From an uncultured virus (IMG/VR IMGVR_UViG_3300042866_001374) (Duplodnaviria; Heunggongvirae; Uroviricota; Caudoviricetes), in IMG/VR virus record IMGVR_UViG_3300042866_001374: a stretch of 64,000 nt of DNA; one strand, 5' to 3'. The notes beneath the pieces were generated by a model. The model ran no database searches, was not told where the DNA came from, and worked only from the letters and a program-made list of their open reading frames with translations. Shown here one piece after another: positions 41,802-49,880 of this stretch; positions within the stretch are counted from its first letter, which is position 1, and the number at the start of each line of letters is the position of its first letter. Made by a program: the position numbers and the translations under genes.

Positions 41802-42061
41802 ATTAAATCCTCTTGACATTTTTATGTATAATGGTATTATAGCATACCCTTTAGGGTTTATACGACCTTCTGAGGGAAATTTTTTTCCCAAAAATTTTTC
41901 ATATGAAAGTGAAATCACTCACTCGAATTGTCACCTCTGTAGGTTAGGGTAGTGATCGATTTTATATACGGGGGGGGCGCAGGGGGCCGCATTAGTATAA
42001 CTTATGAATCGATTTAACTGCCATAACGGATACTGATGAATGAAAGTGTCCGCACGAATAT

Positions 42062-42088
42062 AAAAAACCCCCTCACGAATGAGGGGGC
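42062..42088 (-). terminator. Rho-independent terminator ending the early-gene array
   Basis: CCCCCTCA-ttcg-TGAGGGGG followed by T6 on the minus strand. Confidence 0.85.
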
Positions 42089-42098
42089 AAAGTGTTAA

Positions 42099-42269
42099 TC
42101 AGGGCAGGCAACCTTTGGAGTCAAGTATACCAATGTGTAGAACATTGTTATACAAACCAGCATAAAGTCTGCCGATTGATAACCCGAACTGCTCATCATC
42201 TTTCCATGCCTTTGTATCAACGCCAAAGTAGAAGATGGCGGCGAATTGTTGAGGAGTAGAGAAGCGCAT
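42099..42269 (-). CDS. 56-aa hypothetical early protein (not in ORF track)
   Basis: MRFSTPQQFAAIFYFGVDTKAW...GCLP*, ends just before the terminator. Confidence 0.65.
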   Translation of the reverse strand: MRFSTPQQFAAIFYFGVDTKAWKDDEQFGLSIGRLYAGLYNNVLHIGILDSKGCLP

Positions 42270-42320
42270 TGTGGTGATGATAGTGTTAACGAAGGGGGGG
42301 CATTTCTGCCCCCGTTAAGT

Positions 42321-42461
42321 TTACTCCTCAGGACCGAAAGCACACTCTAGAGAGTACATTTCCAGTTCCTGATCATCATCATAGAATGATGCCCAATCAT
42401 CCTCAGTGGGGATATAAACATCCTCAATCTGAGGGTCACAAACGAAAGAATCGAAGTTCAT
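42321..42461 (-). CDS. 46-aa very acidic early protein
   Basis: MNFDSFVCDPQIED...; own promoter (-10 TAAGAT at 42503-42508). Confidence 0.7.
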   Translation of the reverse strand: MNFDSFVCDPQIEDVYIPTEDDWASFYDDDQELEMYSLECAFGPEE

Positions 42462-42549
42462 TTTCAGGTGTGGGGTTGTGCGGGTGTGTCCCGCTTGAAT
42501 GTATCTTAAGGGGTGGGGGCACCCTATGGGCACCCCCTGTCACATTTCG

Positions 42550-42810
42550 TTAGATTCCAGAGAGGGCAGCAATCAGGCGGTCACGCTTGCGGATTTGCTC
42601 AAAGTTCACAAACCACAGATCCCGCTTTCCGTTATCGGAACGGGTGGCACCTAGAACGCCATCCTTTTCGAGGTCAACCATAAGGGCGTGAATGGTGCCC
42701 TTATGGCGACGGGGGTCAAGACCCATAGAGCGCACAAGGTCGCTGCAGGTCTGGGGTCCGTCGTTGATCAGGCGGGTACGGATTGCGGCGCGGATGATGG
42801 AAGCGAACAT
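42550..42810 (-). CDS. Winged-helix-like DNA-binding protein
   Basis: GPQTCSDLVRSMGL...TIHALMVDLEKDGVL...W pattern typical of wHTH; own promoter (-10 TAGGAT 42856-42861). Confidence 0.6.
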   Translation of the reverse strand: MFASIIRAAIRTRLINDGPQTCSDLVRSMGLDPRRHKGTIHALMVDLEKDGVLGATRSDNGKRDLWFVNFEQIRKRDRLIAALSGI

Positions 42811-42874
42811 GGTCGGTTTGGGGTTGGGCGAGGTCCGTTTGCCTCGCTTGACAGTATCCTAGACGGTCGGGCGG

Positions 42875-43304
42875 TCAGGTCGTGACCAGAACGGGCGAAT
42901 CGTTACAATCGGAAATAATGTTAACTTGCTCAAAAAATTGCATCCATTCCTCATCACTTAAGACGGTGCAGTTCTTTTCAACAAGTTCAGCGATTCTTTC
43001 GGCGGGAAGTTTAAACCGAAGGCGGGAGGGATAGTGTGTCATTCTTGAATGATGTTAGCGACGGTGTGCAATGTTGCAGCGGTGGTGTTTCTAACTGGTG
43101 ATGAGAATAGAAACGCAACCGCAAAAATCAGAAAGAATGTTCTCATTTTTGACCCTCACTGAAAGTAACAACCTCAGCAGGAGAACCACAGGAACGATAG
43201 AAATCTACCATACGCTTTGCCTCATCAATTGTGGGGAAAGTTTGCTCCCGCCATTCACAAGAATTGTAGGGAGTTTGGTAGCGAATGGTGATACCGAGTG
43301 CCAT
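42875..43304 (-). other. Three coupled small ORFs (43143-43304, 43039-43146, 42875-43042)
   Basis: Read manually; joined by ATGA overlaps; the 35-aa middle ORF has a hydrophobic signal-like N-terminus. Confidence 0.6.
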
Positions 43305-43365
43305 GATCTTGTGGGTTTGAAGGTGAAGAATTGGGGGGGAATTTCACCCCCCGTTGTTGTTAACC

Positions 43366-43551
43366 TCAGGCAGTTACAACTGCCACAGTGTAACTAGGAC
43401 CGCCAAGATTGAAGGTGCCAATCTTAACAGGAACTCCACCGAGTTCAGCACTCCAATCAAACGCGGCATCGTATGCCTGATCTTGAGTGTAGAACCATTC
43501 CTGATCAGCAGGAACGAAATCGGTGTGGTCGGGGAGAATGTAGAACCGCAT
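43366..43551 (-). CDS. Hypothetical early protein
   Basis: MRFYILPDH..., promoter -10 TAGGAT at 43577-43582. Confidence 0.7.
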   Translation of the reverse strand: MRFYILPDHTDFVPADQEWFYTQDQAYDAAFDWSAELGGVPVKIGTFNLGGPSYTVAVVTA

Positions 43552-43624
43552 GGGGGTGTCCCGTGTTGACCTTGGTATCCTACAGCATGGGAGGGGGGCA
43601 CCCGTGCCCCCCGTTAACAAAGGT

Positions 43625-44242
43625 TCACACTAGACCTTTGTGTATCCTACGATACGCGACCCATGTAATCGCCTGAACTTGTGCCGCTGAATGATACTTT
43701 TCGGTGACGCTTGAGATTAACTTAGCAGCGTCACGGTAAGCATCTTGAATCAGCAGGAAAGTTTTGTCTGACATAGAAGGAACTTCTTTCAGGTTAGAAA
43801 CACTTCCGTTCCAAATGTTGTAGGCGTGACCATCAATGCAGGGAGTGTCAGAATTGCCATCCTTTGCAATACAATTGTAGAAGGCAATTGTTTTGTTTCC
43901 GCGTAGAACTTTCTCGATATACTGATCAGAATCGAGTTGCAGTTCAATGATAGTCCGCGCCTTATCTTTGTTGATAGAATAGGTTGAGACTTTCACATTC
44001 TCAAACGGAATTTCATAACAATAGGCGCGGAGCATTGTTTCAGCATCCTCTACATTTTGATCCCATTTGTTGTTAGGAGAAAGTGCAGCGATAACACCTG
44101 CCACGGTGTTAGGGCAGAAACCATACTTTTCGCCTAAAGTAACACAAACCATGTAGGCGTTGTGATACCATTGGGCGCCCATCTGCCGATCCAGAGTGTT
44201 GCTCTGGAAATAGGTTGCGATGATCGAATCGGTGTGTGCCAT
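43625..44242 (-). CDS. Conserved phage protein, possible HhH-glycosylase-like fold
   Basis: AGVIAALSP..W..N, G.KT.AFY, CIDGHA, QVQAITWV; start placed after the promoter leader. Confidence 0.6.
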   Translation of the reverse strand: MAHTDSIIATYFQSNTLDRQMGAQWYHNAYMVCVTLGEKYGFCPNTVAGVIAALSPNNKWDQNVEDAETMLRAYCYEIPFENVKVSTYSINKDKARTIIELQLDSDQYIEKVLRGNKTIAFYNCIAKDGNSDTPCIDGHAYNIWNGSVSNLKEVPSMSDKTFLLIQDAYRDAAKLISSVTEKYHSAAQVQAITWVAYRRIHKGLV

Positions 44243-44414
44243 GGGGGTGGGTTGGCGTTGCCAGAATCCTACAGCATCGGGGGCACCCTGCAACGGGTTT
44301 TACCATCAGGGTTTCTTATGGGTGACATCAGAAATACTTATGAGCCAGGGGTTGACTTTTAGGGGGCACCGCCCCTACGCTAGAGGGCGGGAGGGGTGGG
44401 AAGCATACAGGTAT

Positions 44415-44442
44415 AAAAAAACCCCGCCATCGGCGGGGTTTT
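44415..44442. terminator. Bidirectional rho-independent terminator
   Basis: A7-CCCCGCC-atc-GGCGGGG-T4. Confidence 0.85.
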
Positions 44443-44450
44443 GTGTTAGA

Positions 44451-44639
44451 TTAGAACTCTACAATCCAGTCAGGATCTTTGTTTAGATTAACCCAGAAGT
44501 GGTTTCTACCGTTGTGACTGGTGAGGAATACTTTATCCCCTTTGTGTTGTTCTACAATACATTCATCAATTCCATCCATTAAATTAGCAAATCTGTTTTT
44601 TGCTTTTTTAGATACAGGCGTGACGAATGCGGTGTCCAT
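44451..44639 (-). CDS. Hypothetical protein
   Basis: VTPVSKKAKNRFANLM...FWV; ends before the terminator. Confidence 0.75.
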   Translation of the reverse strand: MDTAFVTPVSKKAKNRFANLMDGIDECIVEQHKGDKVFLTSHNGRNHFWVNLNKDPDWIVEF

Positions 44640-44643
44640 GGTG

Positions 44644-44775
44644 TCAGAAATCGATTGGTTCTAGAGTCGCTTGCATTGTATCATCAGAAGCGGCGATGGT
44701 GTCAAGAATCTTGAGGATTTCTTCACCATTGTTACCCTGACGAAGCATTGAAATCAGAATCGAAGCGTTTTCCAT
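44644..44775 (-). CDS. 43-aa hypothetical protein (not in ORF track)
   Basis: MENASILISMLRQGNNGEEILKILDTI...IDF*. Confidence 0.6.
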   Translation of the reverse strand: MENASILISMLRQGNNGEEILKILDTIAASDDTMQATLEPIDF

Positions 44776-44780
44776 GATAC

Positions 44781-44849
44781 GTGATACCTAGTCGAGATTT
44801 GTAAGTGTGATAAACTCGTCGAGATTAAATGTGATAATCTCGACGAGAT
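44781..44849. repeat. Three copies of GTGATA-N-CT(C/A)G(T/A)CGAGAT
   Basis: Cores at 44788, 44815, 44839. Confidence 0.85.
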
Positions 44850-44858
44850 CTGTTGCTA

Positions 44859-45071
44859 TCAGGCAGCGACCAGTTGCTCGCTCTTGATGGCAGCGTTAAC
44901 AAAGCGACCCACGCTACCCTGAGCATTGATGGTGCTGGTCAGTTCGCTAACAAACTGATCAACTTGGGGCACAGCGTAGGTATACTCACGACCACCGTTG
45001 AAGGTGATGGTCACTTTACCATCTTGCACGTCGCTGATGGACTCGATGGCGGAAGAAGTGAAGTTAAACAT
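44859..45071 (-). CDS. KTSC-domain-like protein
   Basis: SSAIESI...VTITFNGGREYTY.V......SVGRFVN matches the KTSC pattern; promoter TTGACA-17-TAATCT at 45142-45170. Confidence 0.7.
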   Translation of the reverse strand: MFNFTSSAIESISDVQDGKVTITFNGGREYTYAVPQVDQFVSELTSTINAQGSVGRFVNAAIKSEQLVAA

Positions 45072-45513
45072 AATGAATTCAAAAAGTAAAGGTTTGAGTG
45101 AAGTGTTTTGAGCGGGATGCTTCACCCCCGCTTGTGAACCTAGATTAGCATCACCGCCGTGCGGTGTCAACCTCTTGGACCACTTCGACAACTGTCACAA
45201 TCTGTTTATCTTCGTTGAGATAATTTGTTGTGATTTCATTCGGTCCTGTAATTACTTGACCGACAACGTATGCAACAAGCAAGGATTCAATCATGATTCA
45301 ATAATGATGGCGAGACATGACACAGTTGGGGTCATTATACCAATCAGAATCTTCATAATCTTTGTATTCTGTTTCTTGATAATCTTCTTCCAACATTGTG
45401 GGCATTGGAATGTCGTTAACCCAGGTGATGTCAGTCATGAATCTGTGTTGAACAAACGTAGTATGGAATGGATTGGGTCAGAAGTCAACCCCCTGACCCA
45501 TAAGGATTGGTTA

Positions 45514-45972
45514 TCAATCCAGGGTGAATCGCTCAACCCCCATCATGTCGTTATACTGTTGCAACATGGTTTTCAGGGTTTGACCAGCACGATCGAACGA
45601 TTTCGTGATGACATCGTTATACTGATCGTAGTATGCAATTTGTCCATGAATACCCATTGCCGAAGCAACAGGATTCTTTCGGAACGATTGAATACCTGTA
45701 GCAGCAAGTTTGCGGTCAAAAACTTTTGCTTGACCGTTGAGAGTATAAGCGCACAGATACTCTTCAAACACAGGTGCAATTTCTTCCTTTGTAAAAGGAA
45801 CACGCTTTTGATCCTCAATCGTCAGAGAATCAATTTGTTCTTGAATTGCTTTAGAAACTGCACGGAATCGAATCCGTTCTTCACGCTCATCAAAAGTGTT
45901 AATCATGCCAAATTGCATGACACTGTTGTAGTTGTCCTCGTAGAAGTTCAGATCTTCTTGAGTGAGAGTCAT
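45514..45972 (-). CDS. Hypothetical early protein
   Basis: 152-aa ORF on the coding strand of the array. Confidence 0.7.
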   Translation of the reverse strand: MTLTQEDLNFYEDNYNSVMQFGMINTFDEREERIRFRAVSKAIQEQIDSLTIEDQKRVPFTKEEIAPVFEEYLCAYTLNGQAKVFDRKLAATGIQSFRKNPVASAMGIHGQIAYYDQYNDVITKSFDRAGQTLKTMLQQYNDMMGVERFTLD

Positions 45973-46003
45973 AATAAAGAAAAAAGTTGCGGTGGGTGAG
46001 CAA

Positions 46004-46135
46004 TCAAATCATACCACGGCGACCGAGGTCTGCCCACACATGGGACGGGGCAGCAGCTGGCACACCAGTGGCGGTGGTGTTCTTGACCCATACCATTTGG
46101 CGGGTCTTGAGGTCGGAGGCGCAAACCAGAGTCAT
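46004..46135 (-). CDS. Small hypothetical early protein
   Basis: MTLVCASD...; promoter TTGACT-17-CATACT at 46160-46188. Confidence 0.65.
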   Translation of the reverse strand: MTLVCASDLKTRQMVWVKNTTATGVPAAAPSHVWADLGRRGMI

Positions 46136-46210
46136 GGGGTGTTCCCGTGAACTGATGTCAGTATGGGTCAGAACGGCAGCAAAGTCAACCCCCTGACCCA
46201 TTAGCGTTTC

Positions 46211-47372
46211 TTATCCTTCCAGAAGTTCAGGATAGTATTCTTCACATTCAGTGATCAATTCTTCTTCAGAATACTTATCATAACCCTCCTCAAGATAATC
46301 ATAACAAAGTTGGGTCATTGTCTTAAGGTCCATGTCATCCAACATCTGCTGAATAAGTGCAGTTTGAAGTTCAGAACGGTTCATGATCAAAAACGAATGA
46401 TAGGGTGGTCAAGATCGAGGACATCACATTCCTCAGTTGAAAACACTAACTCTACACTTGCTTGATAATACTCATCGGGTTCATCTTCAGAGCAGATAGC
46501 AACATCCTGATTCAGTTGATCTTCACTAAGTTGTTGCAACTGTTCGAGCAGTTCTTTGTATTTCATTGAAGAACGTGACGGTAATCGATGGACTTAATGC
46601 ACCAACCTGATGCAGTAGAGATTTCCTCTACAAGGTCATCCTCATCATCAGCATCCCAGATTTGACCAACATAAACCTCATTGAGGCGTTCTTCAGTCAT
46701 AATCTGGTCTGATTCATCCCAACCCTCTTCATCATCAAGAGAGCAATCGAATTGAATTGAAGTGATTTGATACTTCATGATGTTCTGGTGGTGAACAAAT
46801 GAATGATAGCGCGTGTGCGCGTCTCGTCGAGATTTTATGGACAGTTCACTGACTGTCCACTAGACAAAAAATTCCTCCAGATAATAGTCTACAGTGACTT
46901 CCAGTTTTGCTGCTTCTTCTTCAATTGCAGCAGTGAATGCCTCATCAATTGACATCACTTCCCTTACAGATTGATGTTCACAAAAGAGGTCAAGAGTAGA
47001 ATCATTCATTGGTGTAAGGTTTGAGAGTGATACGATCTGCCACACACATGATCAGTTCTGCTAGAATTTCATCATCAACTTGACCAAGTTTGTCAACAAT
47101 GATGCCACCAATGTTGGTGTGAAGAAATTCAATCCAATCACATGTTTCTACAAGTTCTTCTGCAACTTCTTCAACAAGTGCTGCAGCAATTCTGTTGACT
47201 GATTTGTTAGAGAGTGACATGATCAACCCTCCCCTGCAATGTTCATTGCGTCAATGACCTTATCATAAAGATCAGAGACATCGCAACCCACACGCTCACT
47301 CACCTCATCCCAATCATCATGGAAGGAGATTAAATCAGCAAGGGCACTGAGTTCGTTGATGGTGAAGTTCAT
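46211..47372 (-). other. Cluster of six small acidic early ORFs (46211-46384, 46387-46566, 46563-46778, 46860-47009, 47002-47220, 47223-47372)
   Basis: Tightly packed, D/E-rich, two promoter cassettes (46803-46859, 47395-47453). Confidence 0.65.
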
Positions 47373-47438
47373 TGGAGTGGTGTGAACTGAAGTCAGTATA
47401 AGGGGTGGAGGGGCGCCTGTGCGCCCCGTTGTGGACAG

Positions 47439-47903
47439 TTACGCTGCTGTCACATACCCAGGGATTTCGACACGCTCTACAGGTCCCCAACCAATCTTAT
47501 ATGCCTTCCAGTTACCATTGAGGTCATACAGGTAAGCATACTCTTCGCCACCCATTTTACCAGAGACAAACATATCGAAGTCGGTGACATCTGGTTCATT
47601 ATTCTCACCACGCTCTGAATGATACAGCGGTTGTGCATCACGAGTGTGGGAATAAGACCAACTGCCAGCATCATCTTCGATGATCTTGCCATTCTCATCA
47701 CGAAGAGCAGCACTCTCCCACGTATGAGTTGTGCGAAGAGATGACATTGAACCACCGTCGATGAGATCTTGCACATCATCGCGGTTCTGATAATGATCTA
47801 CCAGAATGCGACCGTTGCCTTCTACGTAACCATCCCAGTGGCAGTAAACGCTAACCACAGAATGGTCGGGGAGTTCGTAACCGATGCGTGAACGGGTTCC
47901 CAT
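47439..47903 (-). CDS. Conserved phage early protein (MGTRSRIG...YCHWDGY family)
   Basis: SVYCHWDGY..NG..L, LIDGG.MSSL, EEYAYLY. Confidence 0.8.
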   Translation of the reverse strand: MGTRSRIGYELPDHSVVSVYCHWDGYVEGNGRILVDHYQNRDDVQDLIDGGSMSSLRTTHTWESAALRDENGKIIEDDAGSWSYSHTRDAQPLYHSERGENNEPDVTDFDMFVSGKMGGEEYAYLYDLNGNWKAYKIGWGPVERVEIPGYVTAA

Positions 47904-48192
47904 GGGGTGTTGTGTTCAGGACTCCGCCAATATAACCGCTGCAGACCCACCCTGCAACCAACCAGTGGACTGTCCAAAAACTGGCACATCATCGGATTAA
48001 TTCCGATCTTCTATGGTATCTTATAAGGACAACCAGCGCCCTTATAGGGAACGGCAGAGGGGTATCTGCCTGATCAATACATCGTCACTGAACCTGCAAA
48101 CTTTTTTATAAAAAGTATACAAAAACATAAAAAGACCTTATGTGCCCCCACCTTGACACATAAGGCCCTTCTATGTTATACTGAGGAGTTAA

Positions 48193-48363
48193 CTACCAGA
48201 TATCAGAATCCAAATCCTCAATATAAGCATCGCACCTCTCACCAGATTCAAGTTTAAACATCTTCTCCCAATTAATATTATGGGGGTCAAAGTCACCAAG
48301 AACGTCGAGTTCCAGAGTGACGCGATAACGATGCTTACGTGCTTGATCGTAAATGGTTGCCAT
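48193..48363 (-). CDS. 56-aa hypothetical protein (track shows a different frame)
   Basis: MATIYDQARKHRYRVTLELDVLGDFDPHNINWEKMF...W*; promoter TTGACA-17-TAAGAT at 48388-48416. Confidence 0.7.
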   Translation of the reverse strand: MATIYDQARKHRYRVTLELDVLGDFDPHNINWEKMFKLESGERCDAYIEDLDSDIW

Positions 48364-48510
48364 GAGAACTTTGTGCGAACTGTAGTAATCTTACCCCACA
48401 CTCACCGTTGTGTCAATACCTTATAAGAATGTATTGATAACGATGGTTTATATATGACATAAGGAGACCTTATATGATACTGTGTGCTTGTTATATCATG
48501 ATTCGCACAC

Positions 48511-48659
48511 ATCTCGACGAGATTCTTATATAATGATTCTATGATACTGTGTGCGTCTCGTCGAGATTTATGATGCGTGTCTCGTCGAGATTCTTATATA
48601 ATGATTCTGTTATACTATGATATACTCGTCGAGATTCTCATCGCGGGTCTCGTCGAGAT
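48511..48659. repeat. Five palindromic (AT)CTCG(T/A)CGAGAT copies in a 68-bp periodic array
   Basis: CTCG starts at 48513, 48557, 48581, 48625, 48649 (44/24/44/24 spacing). Confidence 0.9.
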
Positions 48660-48693
48660 TTATGTGAGAATCCTTATATTTTTTTCGCGGGTC

Positions 48694-48722
48694 TTGACGT
48701 TTTTTTGCGGTTGTGCTATAAT
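48694..48722 (+). promoter_or_regulatory. Strong sigma70-type promoter on + strand with no downstream ORF
   Basis: TTGACG-17 nt-TATAAT with extended TG. Confidence 0.75.
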
Positions 48723-48902
48723 ACGCTGTCTAAGATCACAAGGATTCAGAGGGATTATAAGAGAGTTATAAAAAGATTCCACACGATTATAAGGCAATAA
48801 TAAGATATAACAATACTGTAATACTATATGTTATTGATAATGATTATCAGTAACAACAAAACACTTTTATATTTAAAAATACATTTAATTAATAAAATAA
48901 AC

Positions 48903-49880
48903 CTATTTTAACCATAATTTGTCAATTTTCATCCTATTTTCAAAGATATTATATCTTAATGCACAATGATGACTTTGAGGTGGTACAATGATTGGATTAT
49001 AATAACCAGTGAATTCTCTATAACATTTTTTAAAATCTAATATATGTTCACCAGACCTTAAAAATGGATGAACTACAATCAAATAAGGTTCATCAGTCTC
49101 TGGTAATTTAAACTGAATGACACGATTTGATTGATAATGATCTGGATTATTTGCATCAAATATATGAACACCTATATGTTCAAATTGATGAGTTTGATAG
49201 ATGTTTTGTAATGCATTAATAACATTATTCTCATTAATTGGTTTATCCATAATATGTGTATAATGATGAAAATGACTTGATGATTGAATCACCTCATTAT
49301 AATACTCAGCAAACTTAGGAGATAAACCAAGATCTAATGTTACACCTTCTGAGATACCTGGATTATGCTCAACATTAACCAAATGAGAATATTCTTTAGG
49401 TGTAAGTCTTACAATACTAAACTGAATGATATATTCAGATGGTAGCATTTTAAATGGCAATGGTACATCAAATGCTGTACCCATCATATCATTCCAAATA
49501 TAAGACCCTACCAGTTCATGAAAGAGAATATCAATATCTTTGACATTATACGAATTAAATTTAGATGCAATAAACTCAGTATTAATGACTTCAATCTTTT
49601 TAGACAATCCCATTCTTTTTGCTACATTTTGAATATGTGCCGCAGACTTAGGATTTTGTTCAAAACACGTTACATGCTTTGCTCCATGCTTTAATGCTAA
49701 AAATGCTAATACACCACTACCTGACCCTACATCAATGCAACGTTTACCCTTACACTCTTTAAGTATCTGATCATAATATCCTAAACGCATTGATTCATTG
49801 ATCAATGCAATTCCGTTATACTGAGAACTCATTCTATTTTGTTGTCTCATTCTTAAACTATAATTCCGATCAAAGTCCAT
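48903..49880 (-). CDS. Class I SAM methyltransferase, PRMT-like
   Basis: CIDVGSGSGVLAFLALKHGAKHVTCFEQ motif I/post-I; ILFHELVGSYIWND; true start may be a downstream Met. Confidence 0.8.
   Translation of the reverse strand: MDFDRNYSLRMRQQNRMSSQYNGIALINESMRLGYYDQILKECKGKRCIDVGSGSGVLAFLALKHGAKHVTCFEQNPKSAAHIQNVAKRMGLSKKIEVINTEFIASKFNSYNVKDIDILFHELVGSYIWNDMMGTAFDVPLPFKMLPSEYIIQFSIVRLTPKEYSHLVNVEHNPGISEGVTLDLGLSPKFAEYYNEVIQSSSHFHHYTHIMDKPINENNVINALQNIYQTHQFEHIGVHIFDANNPDHYQSNRVIQFKLPETDEPYLIVVHPFLRSGEHILDFKKCYREFTGYYNPIIVPPQSHHCALRYNIFENRMKIDKLWLK

Noticed and set aside
41813..41840. + strand promoter TTGACA..TATTAT
   Set aside because: 16-bp spacer and overlap with a better minus-strand TGnTATAAT promoter and its leader
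45175..45999. 274-aa + strand ORF
   Set aside because: Antisense shadow of minus-strand genes that have their own promoters; no recognisable motif
48189..48401. 70-aa ORF from the track
   Set aside because: Its start lies inside the promoter; the alternative frame 48193-48363 fits the leader and has a normal composition
48511..48660. CRISPR-like array
   Set aside because: Repeat is only about 12 bp, the intervening sequences repeat each other (68-bp period) and no cas genes are present
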